From Terriglobia bacterium (GTDB lineage Bacteria > Acidobacteriota > Terriglobia > 20CM-2-55-15): a stretch of 64,000 nucleotides of DNA. Below, one piece after another: positions 20,545 through 30,916 of this stretch. The stretch is from contig CBDAOY010000005.1 of assembly GCA_965198225.1 (NCBI GenBank), forward strand, positions 416,001 through 480,000, in the 5' to 3' direction. Under the pieces are notes generated by a model. The model had not been told where the DNA came from, searched no databases, and saw only the letters and a program-made list of their open reading frames with translations. The first letter of the stretch is position 1; every line of letters starts with the position of its first letter. A program made the translations under genes and the position numbers.

Positions 20545-22713
20545 TTACGGAATTCTCACAATTGTTTTTCCCATACCGACGTTTTCGTTCTGATCGTAGA
20601 TCCGGAACGCGACCGTATGCTCGCCCGGGGTGAGTTCGATCGACGAGAACTCGAAGACCTCCGAGAGAGAATCGACAATCCCGTCCACGGGGAAGATGGG
20701 GCGCCAATTCCCGGCATCGACCGATACTTCGGCCTGTTTCAACGTAGATGTCTGATCTTCGACCTCGACGTGGAGCCGTACGCGTCGGTTCTCGATCCCT
20801 TCTTCGCGCATCGTCACGCTCGGCGGAGAATTGTCGATGGCGAACGGAGCAGTCTCTCTCTCCCCCGCCAGGGCGATTTCGGCCGGGTTGGATCCCCCGT
20901 CACTTGCGACGACCCGGAAAACGTAGGTTCCGTCGGGCAACATGTCGGATCGAACCGTGTAGAACGCGTCCTCGAGACCATCCTGCAACACCTTCCAGGC
21001 CGCCTCGTTCTCCGCCTTGTAGTGCAGGGAATAGGTCAGCGTGTCGTTGTTGCGGTCGGTCGCAGTCCACTGGAGCGAGCGTGCGCCCTTCTGGTTCAGC
21101 CGGCGCGGCGGAATCCGGGGCGCGGCATTTCCGCTACCGTTGCCGGCCTGGGCGGCGGCGTTGTTGGTGGTCTGGACTTTCTGGAGGGAGACCCCGGGGG
21201 GCAGGACGACAAGCGAAGTGACGTCCGGCCGGAAATTCTGCTGCAAGTAAGGAACCCGGACCGACGACAGAAGGGGAGCGTCCTCGTCCACGCCGTCCAA
21301 CACGGCTTTCCACTGGATAAAGCGGGCGTTGGGGCTGAACACCTCACCGGAGTCGCCGATAGGCGCCCAGTCCGACCACGTGGAGTCCGGACTGCCCGTG
21401 TTCCCAGTCCGCGTGAGGATCTCCACACCTCCGGTCCCGCCTCTCCAGCTGACTTTTCCCCAACTGGAGGTCGCCCCGGTGTTCCTCACCTTCGATTCGT
21501 AGAAGCCGGTGCCGGCTACCTGGTTGCTGAGTTCGAAAAGCTTGCCGGCGTTGGAAGACGAGGCATACACGCGAGTGCCGTGGACCAGCAACTGCGTGGT
21601 TTGCTCCTCGGATGATTCGACGACGAGTGTCGTCCGGCGCGGACCTTCATAATTGTAGATGCGCCCTTTCGTGCCTGTGGAGAAGAACAACCCCTCGTCG
21701 TGCGGCAGCAGGGCGAAGATCATCTCACTCGAGGACTGCCACACAGTCGTTACGACACCGTCGGTCCGGACCTCGAGTAGGGCACCCTGCGGCGCGGCCG
21801 CTCGGCGCCCAGCCCCCCCTGCGCCACCACGTCCAGGCCCGGATCCCTGCTGGGCGGGCCGGGCCTGAGGCTGCTGCGCGGCTGCGGCTGGACCGACAGT
21901 AACGCTGACGGTCGTTCCATCCGTAGTCGGAGCAGCCGTCGCGGGCGCCTGTGGCGGGACTGCGGCTCCCGAGGAGTTTACGACCGCCGCATAAATCGTC
22001 CCATCCGCCGCCAGAGCCAGAGAATGGACTTCCTGCATTCCCGAGTCATAAAGAACGAACGGCCTCCCGTCGTCTGAAATCCGGTAGACATAGCCCTTCG
22101 GATTGCCGCCGGCGATCAGGTTTCCAGTGGCATCGAAAGCCATCGTGATGATGTGGGTCTCCTCGCTATCGTAGAAGACTTCTGACGTGCCGTCGGGCGC
22201 GACACGATAGATCACACCCTCGTCCCCGGTTGCTACGAACAGGCTGCCCATCTCGTCGAAGAGCAACGACCAGACGTATTTGTCTTCGGGGTCGAAGAAC
22301 ACCTGCTCGCTTCCGTCCGGCCCGATCCGGTAAACCTTCCCGTCGGGAGACGTTGCCGCAAAAAGGCCATCCTCGGTGTCGAGGGCCAGGGCCAGAACAT
22401 CCAATTCGGGCAGATCTGCGAGCAAGGTACCGTTTCCGTCCGCGCCGACCCGGTAGACCTTACCGTCATGACCCGTCCCCAGGTAGACGGCGCCTGCCGA
22501 GTCGGCGACGGCGCTGAAGATCAGCGTCTCGTCGGTGTCAAAGAGAATGTCGAAGCGGGGGGCGAGCACGAGCTCCCCATCGCTCGTGATCGACAGTCCG
22601 TTCAACTCGCCCTCTCGGAATTCGTCGTACGAACGTACTTCCCAGAACTGGGGGATGACCCCAAGCGCGGGTAGCGCGACAAGAAGCGGAATCATCCAGA
22701 ATGGTTTTTTCAT
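20545..22713 (-). CDS. Secreted beta-propeller repeat protein with C-terminal FN3/Ig-like domains
   Basis: Repeated blades (LYxATGxxGKVYRIGPDG), Ala/Gly/Pro linker, LQWTATDRNNDTLTY...DGTYVFRVVASD. Confidence 0.7.
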   Translation of the reverse strand: MKKPFWMIPLLVALPALGVIPQFWEVRSYDEFREGELNGLSITSDGELVLAPRFDILFDTDETLIFSAVADSAGAVYLGTGHDGKVYRVGADGNGTLLADLPELDVLALALDTEDGLFAATSPDGKVYRIGPDGSEQVFFDPEDKYVWSLLFDEMGSLFVATGDEGVIYRVAPDGTSEVFYDSEETHIITMAFDATGNLIAGGNPKGYVYRISDDGRPFVLYDSGMQEVHSLALAADGTIYAAVVNSSGAAVPPQAPATAAPTTDGTTVSVTVGPAAAAQQPQARPAQQGSGPGRGGAGGAGRRAAAPQGALLEVRTDGVVTTVWQSSSEMIFALLPHDEGLFFSTGTKGRIYNYEGPRRTTLVVESSEEQTTQLLVHGTRVYASSSNAGKLFELSNQVAGTGFYESKVRNTGATSSWGKVSWRGGTGGVEILTRTGNTGSPDSTWSDWAPIGDSGEVFSPNARFIQWKAVLDGVDEDAPLLSSVRVPYLQQNFRPDVTSLVVLPPGVSLQKVQTTNNAAAQAGNGSGNAAPRIPPRRLNQKGARSLQWTATDRNNDTLTYSLHYKAENEAAWKVLQDGLEDAFYTVRSDMLPDGTYVFRVVASDGGSNPAEIALAGERETAPFAIDNSPPSVTMREEGIENRRVRLHVEVEDQTSTLKQAEVSVDAGNWRPIFPVDGIVDSLSEVFEFSSIELTPGEHTVAFRIYDQNENVGMGKTIVRIP

Positions 22714-22778
22714 CAGTTCTTCCAAACAAGCCTAAGACGCCCCGCCGACGCGTTTTCCTCGAACGTCTTCGCTCGCCG

Positions 22779-24623
22779 TCAGGGGACGATCGTCAGGTTC
22801 AACGACCGCTGCCCTTGAATGACGTAGTCGGACGGTGGAAGCTCAAACTCGCCGACCGCCGAGTTGCGCGTACCTGACGTGTTGCCATCTGAAGACCGCC
22901 CCGTCCGGATCATGGCAATCATCGAAGGCGGCAGCGACGGAAGCTCCTCACCGGCGATCACGACACCAGGGACCGCGCTCAAGACCCGGACATACAGACG
23001 GTCTGTCTTGCGCAGCTTGTTCAACTCTCTCAAGATCTGCTGGATGTCCCGCGGTGCGCCCGGGGGCGCGCGGCGCAGGTCCGAACCGGTCATCGTAACG
23101 CCGTCACCCACCAGCAACTGGACTCGTCCCGGGGCCAGCCCGTCAGGCACCTCGAATGAATATTCTTCGACAAGTTCGTCCCCGTTCCCGGCGCGAAGGC
23201 CGGCTGACAGCGTCACCATGTCGCCGGCGCGCACTTCGGTGCGGTCGATCCTCAGTGACTCCAGGCGGGCGCTGCGCTTTCGGTCGGTCGAGACGATGTC
23301 CAGTTCGACCGACTCGATGACCAGTTCCTCAAACCCAGCGGACAACAGGTAGGTGATCGGCGCGACCGTCGCGATGGTCGCCTGGGCCGGTCCGTTCATG
23401 TCACCAGCGAAAGCGTTGCCGATTTCGACGCGTTCCCCACTGGTGAGATGAATCGTCCCGGTGATTTCGAGTGTCGACTCTCCAAGGCCGCGTTCGCTCG
23501 CCAGAATCGCGTTGAAGACCGTGAAGTTCATCATGAACGGCGTCAGGAATCGGTCATTGACGACCTCGAACTCATAACGTTCGGTAGTGTCGCGCGAGGT
23601 GCTCAGATCCACCCGAACCGGAATCATCCGCGGAGACTCGCCCAGTGTTCCGAAGATCCCGGTGGACCGATCCTGCTGGAATACCCCGACCACCTCCAGC
23701 GGCACGGCAATCTTGAACGACGTCGATACGCTGGGAATGTGCGAGATCACATAGCCCTTCGACATGGGCACGTCGGTTGGGCCGGTCGACATGAAGGGAT
23801 GGCCGAAGGCGAAGACCTTGTCGCCGTCGACGTGAGTCACGGTTCCGTTCGCGCTGACGCTGATGTCTCCACGGACGAGTTCGGCATTGATGGAGGCACC
23901 CGGCTCGATCGGGCCGTCCGGGGCGGCCAGGTTCGCCCCGCTCCCGGATCCGCCGCCCTGGACCGGGGTAAAGCCGAAGTCTTCGAAGAGTTCTGAAAAC
24001 TGGCGGACGGCCACAGGCAAGACACCGGATATGAACAGGGGCGTCCGGATCTGTGTCAGTCCGGCCGTCGCGAAGGATGCACGAACCGGGTTCGACCTCA
24101 TCCAGGCCCGCGGAAGAAAGTACTCTTCGATACCGTCCCCGGCGGCCGCGCCGACCATGAGCCTGTTGACATAAGCATGCGGGCCTTCGGCGGGAAACGA
24201 GCCCTGGACGACTCTCTCTTCGCTTGCCTGCTCGAGCACGCTCACCATCTGGGTGATGGGCTGAATCCCCGCGATGGGGTCCTTCGAGAACTCGAACGCG
24301 AAGGCCAGCGCGCCGAGCAACTTGCCGTCGATGTAGATCGGGCTGCCGCTCATGCCCTGGAGGACTCCGGTGTGCTCGAGCGGGCCCCCTGAGATTCGGG
24401 CCAGGACCATGTCCCGCCTGGGCGACGAGTTCTTCAGCACTCCCAGGATCACAACGTCGAACTCTTCGATCGTCGTGCCCTGGAATACCGTGCGGCCGAT
24501 GCCTTTCATCCCTTCGCGCAGATCGTCGACCTGGAAGAATTCCGGGCTCTGGGCGTAGGAAGGCAACGCGAGGCTCACGGCCACCCCACCCAGTAGTAAA
24601 GCGAACAGGACTTTCTTCAGCAT
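22779..24623 (-). CDS. SpoIVB-like peptidase S55 domain protein
   Basis: Signal peptide; GRTVFQGTTIEEFDVVILGV, catalytic GMSGSP, FAFGHPF. Confidence 0.85.
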   Translation of the reverse strand: MLKKVLFALLLGGVAVSLALPSYAQSPEFFQVDDLREGMKGIGRTVFQGTTIEEFDVVILGVLKNSSPRRDMVLARISGGPLEHTGVLQGMSGSPIYIDGKLLGALAFAFEFSKDPIAGIQPITQMVSVLEQASEERVVQGSFPAEGPHAYVNRLMVGAAAGDGIEEYFLPRAWMRSNPVRASFATAGLTQIRTPLFISGVLPVAVRQFSELFEDFGFTPVQGGGSGSGANLAAPDGPIEPGASINAELVRGDISVSANGTVTHVDGDKVFAFGHPFMSTGPTDVPMSKGYVISHIPSVSTSFKIAVPLEVVGVFQQDRSTGIFGTLGESPRMIPVRVDLSTSRDTTERYEFEVVNDRFLTPFMMNFTVFNAILASERGLGESTLEITGTIHLTSGERVEIGNAFAGDMNGPAQATIATVAPITYLLSAGFEELVIESVELDIVSTDRKRSARLESLRIDRTEVRAGDMVTLSAGLRAGNGDELVEEYSFEVPDGLAPGRVQLLVGDGVTMTGSDLRRAPPGAPRDIQQILRELNKLRKTDRLYVRVLSAVPGVVIAGEELPSLPPSMIAMIRTGRSSDGNTSGTRNSAVGEFELPPSDYVIQGQRSLNLTIVP

Positions 24624-25022
24624 TACTCCGACACGGTCCGGTTTTCGCGACTGCGCACAGGTTACTGCCCCCCGGGCTGCCGATCGTGGCGTCTCGCTGC
24701 CCGAGCCGCCGAGCTTGGCGTGTAAACCTAATGTTTTCAGTCGAAAACGGAAATTTCATATTAATGGAAGCCTCGACGCCCTGTCAACAAGACCCCGCCT
24801 GCGCCGCGTGGGGTGCCGCCTGTGACGGGCGAGCGAAAAACGGGATGCTCCACGCTCTACCCGCGAGGGACGCGAGCACAGACCGCGATCGGTTCAAACA
24901 CCCGTGTCGAGCCGGTAACTCCAACGGTCCATTTGACTTTACCGCGTCCTTTCCGTTAATGTGCGAAGACTCGGTCGAGTTTTCTGCGCCCTTCGAAAAC
25001 CAGCACATTGAGGGTTTCAAGA

Positions 25023-25733
25023 ATGCGAAGGTTCACTATCAGTGTCCTTTTGGCGGCGATGTTCGTGTTGACCCCAGGCCAGGCGTTCGCCCAGGGCGCG
25101 GGCGACCTGGAGTTGAATCTGTTCTTCGGCGGGTCCTGGCACTCCACGAACAAGTACGAGATCGGGTTTCCTCAGGCGGTCACGCCGATCCAGCAGGAAT
25201 TCAAGTTCAACCAGGGCTTCCGGGGCGGCGCCCGGTTCAACGTTTTCAACTCCGGTCACTGGGGAGAGGAATTCGTCTACAGCTTCGAAACGAACGATGC
25301 TCGATTCATCACGATCAACCCGGCTGGATCGGAACTCGAGCTCGGGACACAGATCCATCAGTTCGCCGTCAACACCCTGTATTACTTCGACGCCAACGAG
25401 GACCTGACGGTTCGGCCGTTCCTGAGCTTCGGCATCGGAGGCACGCTGTACCGACCGACGGACGAGGCCAAGTCCATCGCAAGCGATCCATTGAGAGGAA
25501 ACCTCCCGGGCTTCGGCGAATCGACTTCGTTCGCGTTCAACTACGGCTTCGGCCTCAAGGCACGGATGGCGGGCCGAATGGGACTCCGTTTCGACTTCAA
25601 GGGTTTCCTGGCGAGAACACCCGCGTTCGGGCTGGCCCGTCAATCTGACGATCCGAACGCAACGGTGTTCCCGGCTGGGGGAGCGTTCCACAACGTCTCC
25701 GCCACCGCGGGAGTGGTATTTTTTCTTAATTAG
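25023..25733 (+). CDS. Outer-membrane beta-barrel protein
   Basis: Signal peptide ending AFA, RPFLSFGIG, FNYGFGLK, C-terminal GVVFFLN; resembles 9184-9726. Confidence 0.8.
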   Translation: MRRFTISVLLAAMFVLTPGQAFAQGAGDLELNLFFGGSWHSTNKYEIGFPQAVTPIQQEFKFNQGFRGGARFNVFNSGHWGEEFVYSFETNDARFITINPAGSELELGTQIHQFAVNTLYYFDANEDLTVRPFLSFGIGGTLYRPTDEAKSIASDPLRGNLPGFGESTSFAFNYGFGLKARMAGRMGLRFDFKGFLARTPAFGLARQSDDPNATVFPAGGAFHNVSATAGVVFFLN

Positions 25734-25824
25734 CTGTTAGCTATTGGCGTTGGCTGGCGCAGGGGTGGTGCTGACCAGAAAAACTCCGAACTATCCTAAA
25801 CATCCGTACAATGCTGCACCAGAC

Positions 25825-26011
25825 AACCACCCCGTCTGCACCTGCGGTGCATCCACCCAAACTCCCCTCCTCAGATGAGGAGGGGTGGCGCGAAGCGCCG
25901 GGGTGGTGTTGATCAAGAAATCCATCCCACCAACTGCCCGCTCCGTCAGACGAAGAACCACCCCGTCTGCGCCTGTTCGCCGCAGCCACCCCTCCTCAGT
26001 CAAGGAGGGGA
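25825..26011. repeat. Palindromic repeat family 3 (CCCCTCCT-n-AGGAGGGG with AACCACCCCGTCTGC leader), two units
   Basis: aaccaccccgtctgc at 25825 and 25956; hairpins at 25864-25885 and 25989-26010. Confidence 0.7.
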
Positions 26012-26027
26012 GATCTGTTCGGAAGCT

Positions 26028-27599
26028 TCATGGTTTCCAGGCCCAGAAAGCGACTTGATTTCCGATCGAGTGAACCACCTCGATCGCCACGTCGTTGCTG
26101 GTACTGAGTTCGTCGAGCATCCGGCTTTCGGCGATACAGAGAAGCCGGCTACCCGACTGCGTGAGCTCGGCCAGCTCCTCGCCAGACAGAGCGGTCACCG
26201 CGTTGTTGTCCCGGTAATACCGCAGTCCGTAATCCATCCACCGGTCCGGCCTGTACAGAATGACTGGTTGCTGGTCCGAGACGAACCGCTCCAGTTCCTC
26301 CGTCCACGGCTCCATCGTTTCCGCCCTCGGTCCACGGGGAAAGACCACGCTCGTGATCACGAGTACGACGATCGCCATCATCGCTGTATTGAATGCGCCG
26401 AGAGCCGGGGCGGGCATCCAGATCGCGAGGACCACGAGCGCGCCGGCCGCAAGGAAGGACGCTACGGCCAGCGGAACCCCGTATGTTTGTACATCGATGT
26501 TGATGGCATCGCCGAAAAAGCCGACCGTGACACCTATGGCGATCGAGAAAGCCGCCTGGCACAAGACCGCAACCCGAAAGCCGCCCGTCTTTTCGGAACC
26601 GATTTCACGGGCACACAACAGCGCTATAGGCGGCGCCATCGGCAGGATGTAGGCGGGTAGTTTTGAACCGGAAAGTGAGAAGAACACGAGAGGCGCCACG
26701 GCCCACACCAGGATCAGTTGTTCGCTCCTGGAGAAACGCCGGCGCAGGGCGGGTATGAGCAGAAAGGTCCAGGGAAACATCATCAGCAACAGAACCGGGA
26801 TGAAGAAATAGAACGGCTCCTGGTGTCCGTGTATTTCCGAAGTGAAGCGCTGCAGGTTCTGGTTGATTATGAAGACGTCGATGAATTCCCGACCGTTCAC
26901 CCAGGTGACCGCGACATACCAGGGCGCCGCGACAAGCAGCGTGATCAGAATACCCCCCGGGTGCCACCGCTTCCACTCGCTGTAACCTCCGCGCCACAAC
27001 AGGAAGAGCACCAGTGCGAGAGCCGGAAGTAGCACGGCAACCGGCCCCTTCGCCAGCACACCGAGACCCAGAGCGGCGTAAAAGCCGTAGAGATACCACC
27101 GCCGCGCCGCCTCCTCGGCATCCATCCCGAGAACGAAGAAGACCAATGCTCCGGTCAACGCGGCGGTCAGGGGCATGTCCGTTGAAGAGGCACGGGCCAG
27201 GGCGAAAAACCCGGCCGATGAGGCAAGAATCAGGGCCGCTCCGAACCCGATGCCGCGGGAAAACAGACGGTGACCGCACCAGTAGATGAAGAAGACCGAG
27301 AGCGTTGCGCACATCGCCGCAGGAAACCGAGCTCCCGTCTCGCCGACGCCGAACAAGGCAAAGCCCAGGGCGGCCAACCAGTACAGCAACGGCGGCTTCT
27401 CAAACCAGTTTTCTCCGTGGAGTCGCGGAGTGACGTAGTCCCCCGTCTCATACATGCCGCGGGCGACTGCGGCGTAGCGGGGTTCATCGGGCCCAAGAAA
27501 ACCGATGCCGCCCAACTGGTGGAAAAACATCAGGTAACAGACGGCGGCGAGGGCGATAACGATGAAGTAGTCGAGGTGCTGGTCCAGCTTCGGTCGCAT
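26028..27599 (-). CDS. ArnT/PMT-like glycosyltransferase (GT39/GT83)
   Basis: DEPRYA, FEKPPLLYW, LAKGPVA, SKLPAYILP; many TMs. Confidence 0.88.
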   Translation of the reverse strand: MRPKLDQHLDYFIVIALAAVCYLMFFHQLGGIGFLGPDEPRYAAVARGMYETGDYVTPRLHGENWFEKPPLLYWLAALGFALFGVGETGARFPAAMCATLSVFFIYWCGHRLFSRGIGFGAALILASSAGFFALARASSTDMPLTAALTGALVFFVLGMDAEEAARRWYLYGFYAALGLGVLAKGPVAVLLPALALVLFLLWRGGYSEWKRWHPGGILITLLVAAPWYVAVTWVNGREFIDVFIINQNLQRFTSEIHGHQEPFYFFIPVLLLMMFPWTFLLIPALRRRFSRSEQLILVWAVAPLVFFSLSGSKLPAYILPMAPPIALLCAREIGSEKTGGFRVAVLCQAAFSIAIGVTVGFFGDAINIDVQTYGVPLAVASFLAAGALVVLAIWMPAPALGAFNTAMMAIVVLVITSVVFPRGPRAETMEPWTEELERFVSDQQPVILYRPDRWMDYGLRYYRDNNAVTALSGEELAELTQSGSRLLCIAESRMLDELSTSNDVAIEVVHSIGNQVAFWAWKP

Positions 27600-27626
27600 C
27601 TTTAAAAGTATGTGAAAATAACACGG

Positions 27627-28538
27627 ATGCGAGTGGGTGCAAAAGCGTTCATGCAGTATGCGTTAGCGAGGGCCGTGCTCTGGGCGTTCGGTGCCCTGCC
27701 CCACCCCATTGCCTACCGCGCAGGAGATGCGGCGGCATGGATCGGCTACGGGCTCTCACGACGGCAACGCGCATCCGGGATGCGGAACCTCCGGATGGCA
27801 CTGCCCGACCTGTCGGAGGAGGAGAGGCGAAGAATCGTCCGGGCCGTGTTCCGCAACCTGGGCCGCCTGCTCGTCGAATTCAGCCGTTTCCCCAGGCTGA
27901 CGAAGGAAAACATACCCCAACTGGTCGATTACGAGGGCTTCGACAACTATCTGGAGGGACACCGGCGCGGTAAAGGCATCCTCTACCTGACTGCGCACAT
28001 GGGCGCATGGGAACTTTGTTCTTTTGCACATTCCGTCTACGGCTACCCTTTGAAGTTCCTCGTTCGACCGATCGACAACCCGATGATCGACACACTGATT
28101 ACCCGCTTCCGAACCTGCTCGGGCAACGATGTAATCGACAGGACCGACGCAGCCCGTGACGTCCTGAGAGCGCTGCGCGACAACGAAGCGGTCGGCCTTC
28201 TCGTCGACCAGAACACAACTCGGGACGAGGGAGTGTTCGCGGATTTCTTCGGGATTCCGGCGGCAACGACGCCGGGGCTGGCAACGTTCGCGGTCCGGAC
28301 CGAGGCCGCGGTGATACCGGTCTACCTGCGCTGGGACGAGGCGCGGGGACGCCACATCCTTCACTTCGACCCTCCGCTGGACCTGATCCGTACCGGAGAC
28401 CGGCGGGTCGACATTGTGGAAAACACGAAGATGTTCAACAAGGTCCTGGAAGGTTTCGTACGCCAGTTCCCCGATCAATGGCTCTGGATCCACCGCCGGT
28501 GGAAAACCCGCCCCGAAGGCGAACCCTCCCTGTACTGA
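27627..28538 (+). CDS. Lipid A late acyltransferase (LpxL/HtrB family)
   Basis: TAHMGAWE, LLVDQ, PDQWLWIHRRWKTRP; start uncertain (27612/27627/27651). Confidence 0.88.
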   Translation: MRVGAKAFMQYALARAVLWAFGALPHPIAYRAGDAAAWIGYGLSRRQRASGMRNLRMALPDLSEEERRRIVRAVFRNLGRLLVEFSRFPRLTKENIPQLVDYEGFDNYLEGHRRGKGILYLTAHMGAWELCSFAHSVYGYPLKFLVRPIDNPMIDTLITRFRTCSGNDVIDRTDAARDVLRALRDNEAVGLLVDQNTTRDEGVFADFFGIPAATTPGLATFAVRTEAAVIPVYLRWDEARGRHILHFDPPLDLIRTGDRRVDIVENTKMFNKVLEGFVRQFPDQWLWIHRRWKTRPEGEPSLY

Positions 28539-28639
28539 AACCGCCAGCAGAAGAAAAGAAGACTAACCACGGAGACGCGGAGGAAAGAAGATTAATACCT
28601 GCTCTTCTTCACGGAGCGTAGAGTCCCGCGAGAGAACCG

Positions 28640-28677
28640 ATGTGAGGGGGACAGGGCTTGCCCTGTCCCCGGGTGTT
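28640..28677. repeat. Palindromic repeat family 2, copy 2
   Basis: atgtgagggggacagggcttgccctgtccccgggtgtt, an inverted match to 18343-18382. Confidence 0.75.
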
Positions 28678-28723
28678 CGGTACGCAGAAACGTCGGTCGA
28701 CGAAGCGTCTCCGTCGTTAACTC

Positions 28724-29578
28724 TTATTCGATGGCTCCGTAGGCCATGCTCTCCAGGCGGGCGACTCGGTCGTCCATCGGGGGATGGGTGGTGAACAGCT
28801 TCGCTACGCCGCCGCCGCGGAGCGGGTTGACGATGAACATGTGGGCCGTGGCGGGACTGGCGTTCATGGGTATGCGCTTGGACGCGGCTTCCAGCTTGCG
28901 GAGCGCGGAGGCCAGCCACATCGGGTTTCCGCACAAACGGGCGCCGGTCGCGTCGGCTTGGTACTCGCGGGAACGCGAGATCGCCATCTGGATCAACATC
29001 GCGGCGATCGGGGCGATGATCATCATCGCGATCAACCCCACGATGCCGCCCCCGTCGTCGTCGTCGCTTCGACCGCCGCCGAAGATCATCGCCCACTGGG
29101 CCATGTGCGCCAGCAGGCTGATCGCACCCGCAATCGTGGCCGCTATCGTGCCGATCAGGATGTCGCGGTTGCGCACGTGCGCGAGTTCGTGGGCCATGAC
29201 CCCGGTCAACTCTTCACGGCTGAGAAAACGCAGGATCCCTGTCGTCGCGGCGACGGCCGCGTGGTTCGGATTTCTTCCTGTGGCGAACGCGTTCGGGGCG
29301 TCGTCGGGAATGACATAAACCTTCGGCATGGGCATGTTCGCCCGCATCGCCAGGTCTCGAACGACGTCATAGAGTTGGGGGGCCTCCTGCTCGGTGGCTT
29401 CCTTCGCGCGGTACATCTTCAGGACGATCTTGTCGCTGAACCAGTACGAAAACGCGTTCATCGCCAGCGCGAACACGAATGCGAAAATCATGCCTCCCTG
29501 GCCGCCGAGTGCCCCGCCCGCGAACACGAGCAGGACGGTGAGTCCGACCATCAGAGCAGCGGTCTTTGCGGTGTTCAT
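28724..29578 (-). CDS. htpX: Zinc metalloprotease HtpX (M48)
   Basis: [32 protein letters not shown]. Confidence 0.96.
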   Translation of the reverse strand: MNTAKTAALMVGLTVLLVFAGGALGGQGGMIFAFVFALAMNAFSYWFSDKIVLKMYRAKEATEQEAPQLYDVVRDLAMRANMPMPKVYVIPDDAPNAFATGRNPNHAAVAATTGILRFLSREELTGVMAHELAHVRNRDILIGTIAATIAGAISLLAHMAQWAMIFGGGRSDDDDGGGIVGLIAMMIIAPIAAMLIQMAISRSREYQADATGARLCGNPMWLASALRKLEAASKRIPMNASPATAHMFIVNPLRGGGVAKLFTTHPPMDDRVARLESMAYGAIE

Positions 29579-29653
29579 TTTTCTCCCCTGGATTCGCGCC
29601 CGGTGTCGGGCTGGCGCGATACATATGAAAGTTTATGACCTGCACCTCTTTTG

Positions 29654-30916
29654 TCAAACGATACCGGCAGCAGGTCGGAGCGCTCGGGCTAGAAATTCAG
29701 CAATATGAACGATTTCGAGGGTCAATCCATGGCGTCTCGCGCCGTACTGGAGCTGAAACAGGCATCCCGGGTTGCCCGTGACCAGAACGTCCAGTTCGGC
29801 CCGGCGTACCCGCTCCATCTTGCGATCGAGGATCTCCATCGACAGCTCGCGTTGTGTCAAGTTGTAGACGCCGGCGCTGCCGCAGCACTCATCGGCCCCT
29901 TCCACTTCGACGAGTTCGACTCCCGGAACGGCCTCGATCAGTGCACGTGGAGGCTGTCGGACGCCCTGGGCGTGGAGGAGGTGGCACGGGTCATCGTATC
30001 CCACACGCTGTTCCATCCTAAGAGTTAGACGTTCTGCAATCGAAGTGGACACCAGAAAGGAGGACAGGTCCTGCACGCGGGACGACAGCTCCGCCGCCCC
30101 TTCGACCAGCAGCGGGTATTCGGCGAGCATGGCGCCACATCCCGAAGCATTCACGATGACCGCGTCGAGGCCGTCGAGCGGAAAAGCCGCAACGTTGGTG
30201 CGCGCCATTTCGGATGCAGTCGACTGAAGACCGGAGTGGTTGGCCAGGGCGCCGCAGCAGATCTGTTCCGCGGGAACGGCGACGTCGTAGCCGGCCGCAT
30301 TCAGCAGGCCGACGGTCGATCGGTTCACGCCTCCTAGAAGAGAGTTCATGACGCAACCCGCAAACAGAGCGACTCTCCCCCTGGCTCCTCCAACGGCTGA
30401 ATACACGTTGCCGGGCTCCAAGCCCGTGGCCGGCTCCAGCTCGGGCATCAGCTCTTCGGCTGCCGCGTACTCCGGAGCGATTCGCTTCAGCAGACCCGTC
30501 GATCTCAGGAACGAAGACAGGCCGGACTTGCTGTAGAGCTGCAGCAGGCGCGCCAGCAGATGAAAGCGGCCCGGATGCGGGAATACATGCTGGAGCATCA
30601 GACGAGAGATCCAATCCGTCGAGCGTTTCTCGACGATCGTCGCCCTCATCTCCTCCATCATGTGCCCGAACTGCACTCCTGAAGGGCACACGGTCTCGCA
30701 GGCCCGACAGTCGAGGCACCGGAACATGTGTTCGGCGAACGAGTCCGTGATGGACGTACGGCCCTCGTCGAAGGCTCGCATGAGATAGATGCGCCCCCTT
30801 GGGGAGTCCATCTCGCTGCCGAGAACCCGGTAAGTCGGACAGGAGGGCAGACACAGCCCGCAATGGACGCAGTCCAGGTACAGCTCTTCGTGGCGGGCTT
30901 CGACTTCCGCCCTCAT
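29654..30916 (-). CDS. glcF: Glycolate oxidase Fe-S subunit
   Basis: CVHCGLCLPSCPTY, CLDCRACETVCP, two CCG domains. Confidence 0.88.
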   Translation of the reverse strand: MRAEVEARHEELYLDCVHCGLCLPSCPTYRVLGSEMDSPRGRIYLMRAFDEGRTSITDSFAEHMFRCLDCRACETVCPSGVQFGHMMEEMRATIVEKRSTDWISRLMLQHVFPHPGRFHLLARLLQLYSKSGLSSFLRSTGLLKRIAPEYAAAEELMPELEPATGLEPGNVYSAVGGARGRVALFAGCVMNSLLGGVNRSTVGLLNAAGYDVAVPAEQICCGALANHSGLQSTASEMARTNVAAFPLDGLDAVIVNASGCGAMLAEYPLLVEGAAELSSRVQDLSSFLVSTSIAERLTLRMEQRVGYDDPCHLLHAQGVRQPPRALIEAVPGVELVEVEGADECCGSAGVYNLTQRELSMEILDRKMERVRRAELDVLVTGNPGCLFQLQYGARRHGLTLEIVHIAEFLARALRPAAGIV

